Assembly (NCBI GenBank): GCA_903813345.2 | Contig: CAIIXF020000001.1 | Coordinates: 14,942,001 to 15,006,000, forward strand | DNA: 64,000 bases | Direction of reading: 5' to 3' | DNA from: Owenia fusiformis | Lineage: Eukaryota | Notes under the pieces: generated by a model | What the model saw: only the letters and a program-made list of their open reading frames with translations | The model's database searches: none | What the model was told of the DNA's origin: nothing | Program-made: the position numbers and the translations under genes | Shown here: positions 25,962-37,700 of the stretch, piece after piece | How the letters are laid out: each line of letters begins with the position of its first letter | How positions within the stretch are numbered: position 1 is the first letter of the stretch

Positions 25962-26619
25962 AGCTTACTATCATTACGAACTGTCACACAACCACGCGAT
26001 GGACAGTACCTCGATCGGGTTGTACGTTTATGTTTAATATAATTTATATGTGTAAAGTGTATACACTGAGATGTATACACATTTTTAATTAGTATTAGAA
26101 CAAGCCGGATATCTTGTTGAAGCCTTTGTTTGAATGTTGTAAAAAGTCATAACACAAAAACGTCCGGAGTAAGGAACGTCTGCGCCGTTTTCAATAACAA
26201 AATTTTGCGTAGTAGTCATTAAGTGATTTCATTCTTAGAAAATGTGTTACCATAGTGAAATCGTGTCGAAGTACCCCCGGCACTAACATATTTTAACAGC
26301 AAGTGTATATTAAAGAAAGTAAAAGACTGAAATGTACGAACTTTTTGATAAATCAAAATTGGCAATTTTGTATAATTTGTAAGAATTAGTACCCCTTGGA
26401 TTCGTTCGGCTTCGCTTTTTAAAAGAGAGATTCGTGTAGTTTCTAATAAGCACGCAATGTAAGGCAAATATCACACTATTTATGAGTAGGTCATGTGTCT
26501 ATTTAGATAGGATAGCACTGTCTCTGTCAACAACATAAATAACGATTGGCATCTGTTAACACATCATAATTTTTTATTCTGATAACAAGCAACGCATCGT
26601 TTTACCAAAATGTGATATA

Positions 26620-27982
26620 TAGGGTGTCTTAAAAATGTACCCAAAAGTATATCAACAGCATGACAAACCAATCAATATTTTCAGACATTTTTGCATGTTC
26701 TTGTAGATAAAAGATGAAAGTTTTCTCCCCAATACACCATTTTTATTTCAGTCTTGTCCTTTTGATGCTTTAACCCGTTACCTTTTACACCACATATTTA
26801 ATGTAACCTCATATTTCGATGACAGTCTGCATCATTACTACTACATTGTTCATCACATTGGATATTTCTGGTGTTTGTCTGTGTTTGTTCGATCGTCATC
26901 CTCAAACATCTTTCTCTGTGGCTATTTGGAGGAGTGTTTTAAAGTGTCTCACATATTCGATCAAAAGTTGCCATGCAAACATGTTAGTCTACTTTACTGG
27001 CCCCCCTTGCTGTAACAAGGAACCCAAAACACATTAAAACGTAAACATAAACCAATTAGTCACTTCACTATGAAAGTGGGGGTGTTAGCAAATGTATATT
27101 AGCAGAATACGCTGTGTGCATGGACTAACCAATATCAGTGGTCATTTACTGTGTCAACTTAGTAACCCTTGCATATCGTGCTCACTCAAGTATTGAATAA
27201 TTTTTTTATGATCTAAATGTTTGTGGTTTATAAAAAAAAAGTGATATATTTTAGTTAAAAATACATTAATTAATATATTCATTCAAACAGCACTAGAATG
27301 CGGGAAGAAAGAGCAATGGTGACAAAATGCAGACAGAATTTTCCGTAAGGGTTTCAAACATTTCTGGACACAATCATACATGTACTTCATGTGTACTGTT
27401 ATTTTTAGTGCTGTATTTATAGATATAATTTCACGTATTAAAATCATATTTTCCAGCAATGACTTCAAATCCGGAACCACACCCATATCACATTTTCTTC
27501 AATAACTCCAAACATGTGTAAACATTGACCATGTGCATATAAATTCAGATTTCACGAGCTCTTTCCTATTCGAGTACCTCATACACCCCTGCATGGATTT
27601 GAGTTGGATTCGCCTTTTATACGTGAGCCGACACACTCGCAAACGCTGATTGGATAAAGATTGCGAGAATCTTTAATGCTCATTCCAAGCAAAAAGATCT
27701 AGAACAACTTTAGGGCAACATCCAAAGAGAAATCCAAACATTATCAAATGTGATGAACAATGTACCAGTAAGGATACAGGCTGTCATCGAAATATGAGGT
27801 TACATCGATTATATGGTGTACAATGTAAAGGGTTAAAGCATCAAAAAAGACAAGACTGGAATAAAAATGGTGTATTGGGGAGAAAACTTTCATGTTTTGG
27901 CTACATGACCATGCAAAAATGTCTGAAATTGGTTTATCTGTGCATTTGATATACTTTGGGGTATACCATATGAGACACCCTG
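26620..27982. mobile_element. Tc1/mariner-type palindromic MITE with a piggyBac-like insertion (26774-27832) at its centre
   Basis: Outer arms 26620-26769 and 27837-27982 are inverted. The inner element CCCGTTAC...GTAAAGGG is flanked by TTAA at 26770-26773 and 27833-27836. Confidence 0.7.
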
Positions 27983-28060
27983 ATTGTTATGCGTTTTCAT
28001 TATTTTACATTTATTAGCTTTAATGATCATCCAATAGACATCTAGCCAGATCAATATATG

Positions 28061-30685
28061 TCAGATGAGACATGGACGTACATCCTGCATACATTCTGCC
28101 CAACCAACGTTGACCGACCATCGACATACTCCTTGTCTGGGCCGACATACTGAATGTTTTGCATAACAGTTTTGTAGTGCATTTCCTATAGTCACATTTG
28201 AATCATTTGCGAGTATCCATGGACATGTTGCTGTATTGTTTGAACATGTGCGATAACTACCATTTTTGTAGTCGAATGCATTTACTTCTATCATATAAGG
28301 ATCAATGTCAACAGATTGAATTGAATCCTGAAATTAATAAAGCATATTTGCTTTTACATGCACTATTGTTGTGGGATAAATTCATATGAATGTATACACA
28401 TAGTAGGACTTAGATTGCATTTAAAATGTTAACATTGGACGTCTATCATATGTAAAGGAAATAAAGGTGAAAATATTTAATAATCTCACCACACATTTGC
28501 AGTTTTCCCCATATGTATTCCTCGATAATTTTCTTTTCTGTCTCATACTGGTATCCTTCCAACTGATGCTCCAAGAGCAGGTAGGTAGAATAAGTTTGTC
28601 ACCATCAATTTTGCCTAACAGAAGTAAGTTAATAATGTACATTTACATAAACACGAGAGAACAAAATGTTAACATCGACTTTTTAGGGATACATTGAAGG
28701 AGTTATTATCTCACGTCTTTCACTCACTCTTACTGCATAATCATTTTAGCACATATACTTACATACTTTTAGAAGGAGTCAATAAATTAATACGACAACT
28801 GTTTGAAACATATACTTGCATTGACCACTATATGTACATAGTTCCACCAAAACATCAGCATTTAGAATTAACATGTTATTTGGTATATGAAAGGCTTGTC
28901 ACTAGTCCTTACCTTTTTGATGATATTAACTTTGATAAGAACAAACCAGACTGACCCACGGCTCGCCTAGGCACCTTTAATAGTAACTGAAATATATGTA
29001 TATTTCTAGTTTGTACATACCTGTAATGACGTATTTCTGGCCGGTCTCTAACATAACAGCTGTCTCACAATCAGCATTATTGGATATAGTTGTTAATTCA
29101 TCTTGCTCTATATTAGCTAACGCATCTTTTCCCTGTAAAGTGTGATGATAAAAGCAATGAAAGGGACTTGACACGGGGAACTTGACTCGGCAAAGGGACT
29201 CAAAAATACATTTGGTAACATAAAATGCTTTTGCTTAAACACTTTCATTTCTTGATATGATGCATGTGTAGCATACATCATATACTAAAATAACTCAATG
29301 ATGATCTAACCTTGAGAATGGTCTCAGTTGTTATGGAATATGTTATTTTCTTCTCAGTGGCTGACAAAAACATCGTCTTCTTCCGGTCACAAACTGCAAG
29401 TATCACTGAAAAATAACAAAAATATGAATCAATTCTACAGTTTTGAAGTTAGTTTTGCGTCTCTACATGTATATATTAAGGTAACATAAAAAACAAAAAA
29501 AATACAACAAAGAAGTAAGATTCAATAATGATATCGTATATATATAATCAGAGATATATAAATGTTGTCTCTGATATAATTTTATGGTATCGATTACATA
29601 ATTTATGTTTCATAACTAAGCCAAAAGATGGTATCACCTTGTCACATTATGTATCATTTCAAAAACTGAACAAATCAATAGACTGAATCTTCTCATCTCT
29701 GTACATTGGACAGTTTAAGAAGACAAGAGACTATATGATTGAGACATATTTCAAATGTATTACTAAAACTAATTACCTAAATGGACATTGCATGCTTTAT
29801 TTACAATTTAAAGGCCCACTATATATACTTAATTTAGAAGAAAAAATTATCATTGAAACATATTACTCACACACTCGCTCAAATATGAAACAAAGTTTGA
29901 TCTGCTTTTATATTGAACCAAGAAAAAATAAATGACATAGAAAAAAGCTTTTAAAGTTCAGAGACCATTAGACATGCATGCACATGCTAAACAAAGTGCA
30001 TATTTTTTAATTACTTTTGATTAAAACGATGGCGAAACTTCTATAAAAATGAATGTATCATGAAATACAAACAACTTTGCCATCTTTAAGTGACATTGAT
30101 AAAAACTTGATATATAAAGCTTGGCAGATCGAAAATATATTTTGATTAATTATTGGCAGCTTTGATGTGGTCCGTTTGAGCTGTTGTTGGTGTCAAATGA
30201 AAGATAGGGTTCTTATCAGTACATTGGACATTCTATGGAATTCAAATAGAATTCAAATTCACTTTGCCCAAAAACATTGAAAATACGCAAAGTGGGCCTT
30301 TAAGCTCAGGTTCAATGAATTGTGGATACTTTTGAGCATGAATGTTTTGTATCATGAGTTTGGATGAGGACAGCGGCCTGAATTCAAAGGCTAGAATACA
30401 GTATACAAAATTGAATGCATTATATCACTAACAATTCATTGAGGCCTAAATTCTTATACCATGCCTAGTCCAAGTAGTAGCTATTTGTGTATATTATTAA
30501 AATATAGTTAGTTATAAATGTAAACGTCATGTTCCAAAGGACTTACCAAAGTCAGCCTCACAGAAGTGTTGCTGGGGATGTTTGATTGGACAGTCGCATT
30601 CATCCAAGCATTGTACGATGATATCCAATCTTAGAGAAGCAAATACAAACAATATGCCTAAAAATGTAATGATGTTCATGGTCAT
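28061..30685 (-). CDS. TIMP: Tissue inhibitor of metalloproteinases, paralogue B (245 aa)
   Basis: Exons 30685-30547, 29405-29311, 29132-29021, 28614-28490 and 28327-28061 total 738 nt. Intron phases and Cys pattern match paralogue A. N-terminus is MTMNIITFLGILFVFASLRLDIIVQCLDECDCPIKHPQQHFCEADF. Confidence 0.93.
29812..30299. mobile_element. Kolobok-like MITE (TTAA TSD) in TIMP-B intron 1
   Basis: TTAA-AGGCCCACT...AGTGGGCCT-TTAA. Confidence 0.6.
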
Positions 30686-30780
30686 CGAGATTGTTTGGCA
30701 ACTATGAATAATAGAACAAATGCTATATCACCGAAAACCAAATTGAGGTACAAAAGAAAATACTCCATGTGTATCTTAAA

Positions 30781-31144
30781 GGTGCAACAATTAGTGCAGG
30801 GGGGGGGGGGGCATTCAACGATCATCGACCAGTGTCAAAATATATTTAAGTTTGGACATTTCATAAAGACTAACATATATTTTTATTTTCTCCAAAGAAA
30901 CCCCCTGGATGAACATTATTTCAGCTGATATTCCTCTTGAAACGTGATGGATGTTAAAAAGCTATAAGCGGGACTCCCATTACAGGAGTTTTGAACTTAC
31001 ACTTTTTAATGCTAAAATTGATAGTCTATCCATATATTTTAAGAAAATAGGTATGTCAAAGAAGATGTTAAGCCAAATATTGACCTGAAAGCTCAGAAAA
31101 AATAAAAAAATTCGAATTTTCTCTTTACAGTCCTCGTTGCCCCT
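30781..31144. mobile_element. Kolobok-like MITE in the TIMP-B 5' region
   Basis: TTAAAGGTGCAAC...GTTGCCCCTTTAA. Confidence 0.5.
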
Positions 31145-31727
31145 TTAAAACTATAAAAATATGATAAACTAAAGTATAATGAATTAAAAACTTACCAATA
31201 ATTATTTCACTGACCAAAACAGACATTATTACATTTCCGTATATGACACATGAACAGCTCGCGTTTTAAAGGTTGCAATGTGAAACTGCATTTTTCTTTA
31301 TTGGGCTATTTCTTCTTATTTACGAGTTAAGGCTTAAAAAATCATTATTTTTGCATGAATTCCTAGATCATAACATTTTCTATAAAATGTGGTAAAGAAT
31401 GCATCGTGTTGAAAGAGAACATGGCGTAATTATGTACGTCTGTTTTATCAGTTAATATTCAAAAGTGTTAATAGTTCAGTAATGAAAACAAATGGCCGTG
31501 AAATGTCTAGAGGGTCGCTTGATGATCGGGTTTTATTACTTCAAAAAGCAGTAAATAACACATAAAAAATTTGCAAGTCATTCATGCGAAATATTTAAAA
31601 CTATATGATTGATGTGAATTACAGGGTGAGTTGAAAACCGTTGTACACAAACAATTTTGAAAATCTTTATTCATTCACATTTTAGCAACCTATTGATTAT
31701 ATTTTTTAATCACTTTGCACCCATCAC

Positions 31728-34700
31728 TTATGGCAACGCAAACGTCTGAAAATATAAAACAAAATGTTTAAGACACCTCTCCAAATTCAATGGTTTTAAA
31801 AGAAAATAAATAAAAAGTAAAGATCGACGTAAAGATAAACATACCCTACAAAATCCTTCTACACACATTGATTTCTCCGTTGCTCCAATGTCACTATAGC
31901 TACAAGCAGTGCCATCTGGGAAAAATGCTGACCTGTGTGAACCAGCAGTTCCGCGCGTGACTCGACAATTTACGTCACATAGGTTGTCACCTGGAAAAAG
32001 AAAAGGCTACATATGGAATCCTATTATTGTCATGAAAACTTTCATTAAAAGTTTATTATATATCTGAAAGTTATTTTGGGCACCAAAAGTGAGGTGAGGT
32101 ATGTGGTATTCTTGTGGTCTTCTTGCTTTTCAATCTTCTGACCTGTTACAATTGAGGGACTAAATTCAAGCATGAATTCACTTTAAGACACTATCAAAAT
32201 GGGAACTTGCATTTGCAAACTTATGGAGGAGGTGTATACCTCCATATATATTTTGGGCATCTAAAGTGGAGTGAGGTATGTGGTATTCTTGTGATCTCCT
32301 TGCTTTTCAATTTCTGACCTGTTACAATTGAGTGACTAAATTCAAGCATGACTTCACTTTAAGACACTATCAAAATCAAAATGGGCACTTGCATTTGCAA
32401 ACTTATGGAGGAGGTGTATACCTCCACATATAGGAACACCGCAATACTCCCATCTTCTACCAGGATCAGTAGTATAACACCATGGCCCACCTATCTCATT
32501 GTCAGGATTTCTAGAAATAGACGAACGAGTTATACTAATTCTTTGTGTATGGGAATCAAATTTGGGAGGTACATACAATACACCTATCAGGATCTGTTTC
32601 CTTATGAGCTCTTATGAAACAGAATTAACCCCAAATAAGTAGCAAACCGCACTGACCTACAAAAGTTTTCGGCAGCTGCTAAAGAGCCATCTGGCACCTG
32701 CCAGTCTCTTACTCGGTGTGTATGCGGCGTCTGCGAATCCCAACGCTGACACGGTCTACCTCCCACAGTCATACTAGTCTCACCCATGTAGAGTCTACCC
32801 ATTGTGCCTGGCTTACAGTCTTCATCAACTTATATAAGCACAATACACTTTCCATATATATTAGTGATTTTTTAAAGCTTTGGTAATTAAAGAAGGAATA
32901 CGTTTTATCAAAGTCATTGATTGTACAAGCTGCACGTGTACACATCATTATGAATAAAAAAGAAATATAGATATAGGCCCTTTCATTATATATTAATCTG
33001 GACATAGGTGGCATGAAGAAGCAAAGATATTTTACCCTCCCCCAGTCCTGCCCACTCTATGTCTCCCGTCAACACAGAGCTTGTAGTGTGGTTGAGGCAT
33101 ATTTGTCTTCCCAAATTACGTATCCCTTGCTCCACCGTCTCTATGTCTTGATCATCAGCATTACAATCCTTCAAGCAAAACGAGAGCACATAGTACATAT
33201 ACCTTAACTACAGGGTGTCCCGAAAGTATGCCCCCCCCCCTAGGCAGACTTATACCAATGTCTCCATAGTATGTGTCATATATCATTTTAGATCCTATCC
33301 AAAGTTACATTGATTTGCCAAGAAGTATCATGGTTCAACTCACAGACGGTAAAACGTTACAAGCATGTCAAAACTTCGTGTTTGGCCAAAAATATAGTTC
33401 ATTTCAGTATCGTGGAAACAGCAATGACCTGAATGTGGCCGAAAATATGGGTGCTTTTGTCGAAGATAAGATGGCTATTGAGTTCTATAAGAGGACGTCG
33501 AGGGTAGATACTCCAAGGGAACTCTTCTAAAATGCCTTAAAAAGGTTTTAAGAGGATTACAAAACGCCACATCCCTATTTGAAGCGCGTATATATATATG
33601 AAAAGCATTGCTGATGTTTACATGGCCTAGGGAGACACACCGACTATTATTTTGGTGTTAAATTTACTTTAAATTTGGCCAAACACTAAATTTTGAAATC
33701 CCTGTAACTCTTTCAAATTTGTAAGTTGAACCATGATACTTGGCAAATCAATGTAACTTTGGATGAGCTTTAAAATGATGTATGACACATACTATGGAGA
33801 CATTGATATATGTCTGCCTAGGGGGGGGGGGGGGGTATACCCTGTATATGTATGTAGGAGTTGAGCAGCGTGTGTGTGTGGAATATCTAAGCACGAGTGC
33901 CAAAGGGATAGAAATGTCTGTTGTGCTTTCTCTGGTGTGTTCGAGCTTTAACATCTGCTGCCTCTAGTCAGATCGACTAACAAAACAACCATTTTTTGGG
34001 GTTGTAGAGCGTGTCCTCGACCTGTAACATCGATTCTAAACATATGATCATTTAATGATCTAGAGACCATAATTGACCTTGAATTTTGACGCCCTATATG
34101 GGAGCCTGTCCCTACATTGGCAGAAGAGTCAGGGAATTTTGTTAACATACTATTGCCCCCAATAGTAAGTTGCCGTGAATTTTATTTCAGCCGATTGATT
34201 CTACTTCATCCCTGACTATTAACATTACATGGGGTTTACCTTAGCTTGTACAGTCATCATTGCGTATCACTTGGATACATTTGATGGAACAATGACAATT
34301 TAGTGTAGTAGGAAGGTATGGTCCCCATGCACCCGAAAGATGTATTTTTTTAATGTACATTTTTGTAATCCTAAAGGTCCATACTAAAGATTTTTGCATG
34401 TTCCTAGAATGAAATATTGTCTCATGGTATCCATTGGCGGCCATCTTGTCAGCCATCTTGAATTTTTGAAAGAGTTGGTGTTAATTATCTCAAAGTACAG
34501 TTTTGAGAATTGAAAGCTGTAAGTGGTACCAAAATGAAGCTTTTATAGTATCCTATATTATCAGATGCAATAATTATGCAAATTGCCTCATTTGCATAAA
34601 ATGTGACATCATCAATCATAATTCTTGCCTCTTTACAACGGTATCGCATTATACCTTTCCGCCTGAGTGATCAGTCTTAGTCATTCATGAACATAAATGA

Positions 34701-37700
34701 ATTTAAATATATAGGTACATTAATTTTGAACATATTTGCAATTGAAAGTTTTGGAAAAAACATTGTCAGACACATGATTATGTAACTGAAAAGGGGCGTG
34801 GCACTTCTTGCGAAAGAATTGATGTTAATCATTTCAAAGTACAGTAACTTCCACAGTTTTGAGAGTTGAAAGCTGTTAGTGGTACCAAACTGAAGCTATC
34901 ACGATATCCTATATTATAAGATACAATAATTATGTTAATTACCATATTTGCATAAAATATGACATCATCAATCATTATTTTTGCCCTTTTTCAACGTAAT
35001 GCCTTTTCCTCTGAGTGACCAGTCTTGGTCTCTTATGAATATAAAGATATTAAATGTATACATTCATTTTAAACATATTTGCAATTGAAAGTTTGAACCT
35101 ACAGGGTGTCCCGAAAGTATGGGCCCCCCCCTAGGCAGACATATACCAGTGTCGTCATAGTATGTATCATATATCATTTTAAAGCTCACACAAAGTTACA
35201 TTGATTCACCAAGTATCATGGTTCAACTCTCAAATGTGAAAAAATCACAGGCATTTCAAAATTTAGTGTTTGGTCAAAATGAAGTTCAATTTTACACCAA
35301 ATCACTAGTCAATGTGTCCTTCCGGGCCATCGTAACAGCAGCAATTCTTTTCGGGTCAGATGGATATTGAGTTGGAAAAAGAGAATGGTGAGGGTAGAAA
35401 CTCTAAGGAAACTCTTCTAAAGTGCCTTAACAGGTTTTAAGAGGGTTATAAAATTCCACACCCCTATTTGAAGGGCTTTTAAGGTCATATCTGAAAATAA
35501 TTGGTGCTGTTAACATGGCCAAGGGGGGACTCATTGACTAGTAATGTGGAGTAAAATTGGACTTTATTTTGACAAAACACTAACTTTTAAAATGACTGTA
35601 ACTTTTTCCCACTTGGGAGTTAAACCATGATACTTGGCACATCAATGTAACTTTGGATAAGCTTTAAAATGATATATGAGACATACTATGAGGACACTGG
35701 AATATGTCTGCCTAGGGGGGGGCCCCATACTTTCGGGACACCCTGTATTTGCATTGAAAGTTTTAGAAAAACATCATCAGAAATTAAGGTATGACCTTTC
35801 AAATGATTATTGTTCTGAAAAGGGGCGTGGCACTTGTTGAAAATCTGTAATGTTATTATATAGTCAATGTATCATTTGTAAAATACCCAGGGGTTCACTG
35901 AATACACAATTCTGTAGGGGTCCTAGGCTGAGCCCTCAGATATCATTATGTTCCCATACCAATCTGTCAAATTTCAATGTGTTCCCATACCAACCAAAAT
36001 AATGCCCAAAAGCCATACCAAATATCCAAATATAAGACCAATGCTATATCAAATGTCCAAATATAGGACTTTTGCCATTTCAAATATCCCAAAAATATAA
36101 GACCAATGGAATGCAAAATGTCTAAAGCCCCTTGAAGAAGGCAGAACTTTTAGGAAATGATCCTAAACAACCTCAAATAAAGGACATTTGTTAAAACTAG
36201 ACCAATCCCATACCACAAGTGAGAGGTGACCTATTCTCCATGACCATTCTTGTACCACAAAGTAGAAAAATCCGACCATTGTCATACCTCAAAAGTCATA
36301 TTTTGGGGGGATTCTCATTCCAGATCCTAAACTTTGGATCCATTGCCATACCAAATGTTAAAAGAGGTACCCCCTTCAAGGTTTATATACAGTGAACCCC
36401 CCGGTGTAAAATATAGCTTTTGACTTTTAGAAAGTAGCCCAGTGATGTCCCTTATTCCTAGCTTGTTCAGAAATTCTTGTTGGTCAGTTTGGCAGACATC
36501 TAAATTTCAGCCAAAGATATATAAGCTGTATCGCTTTTGAACTAAGTACTGTACAGATACGAATGACCACATATCCCCATATCATTTTAGGATAGGCAAT
36601 GAACTGAAATGGGTACCCACAGTATTTAGTTGTTAAAGCTATATAATTAACTCAATATGTATTAAGCCTGTACCTCAGTCCAATGTTTTATCCAAGACAT
36701 CCGACTGGACTCTCAACTGACCTCTTCCAAAAACTCAGTGCTGATGTCAAAACACAGTAGGTGCGAGGACAAGGAGTGGAGGAAACATCTGTGAAACACC
36801 ATTGTGTTGGGCCAAGTAGAAGACAGAAACTTCTCTTGGGAAGGAGAGATGAAGCCTGCAGTGTTAGTGGACGGCTTCATCACTGGCAAGAGAGCTCCAA
36901 CAGATGCTTCTAAAGAGATTACTTCAACTTAGTCATCCAAAGATTCTTCTTCCAAAGATAGAAACACTCAGGAAAAGAGAAGCATAGGACCAGGAAGACA
37001 TTCTTTAAAAATCTCTATAGGCTCACATCAAATTTGTTAGGGAACCAAAGAGTGCCCATATGGCATGCACGCAGGATCAATCAGAAGCAAATACTTTGGC
37101 AGCACACAGTGACCCAGATCGGTGATGCCATTGGGTAATTTTCCAATTGACATCCCACCAGATTTATCATCAAAACCGTTTGACAAGTCAGATTTCAAGC
37201 TTGATGAGGTAAGAACAATCATCAGGAAGGCTCAGCCTCAGGTCTAACAGGTGTGACATACAGGGTCTACAAGAACTGCCAAAAGCTGTTAATACATCTA
37301 TGGCGATTGCTAACAAGCATTCAGAACAAAAAAATCTAGCAAGGAATTGGACTTTGGCGGAAAGGTACTTCATTCCAAAGGAGCTAAAATTTGAGCGACT
37401 GAACCAGTTCAGGTAGACATCATTATTTGATGCTGAGGGAAAGATCTTCTGGGCCATTATGGTCAAGCCTCGAAGTTGTTTCCTAGTGGCCTGCCAAGCA
37501 TCCAGAAAAGTGGTCTCCCAAGACATCATGGGGTACATATAGCAGCATAAGCCAACTTGTGAAGGAAGCCAAGAAAGAGAATCAGTAGTTTGGCTGGACA
37601 GAAGGCCCACCTAGTGTCCCTCACCAACTGATACTAGAGGTACAAGTTCACTTTCACGTACATGTACCAAAACCAACAGATGTAGTCAATCTGACAATGG

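Noticed and set aside
31728-33168. A separate kringle gene downstream of a truncated protease
   Set aside because: The 58-nt exon at 51616-51559 completes TSP1 and joins in phase 0 to 33168, making one gene across an 18.4-kb intron.
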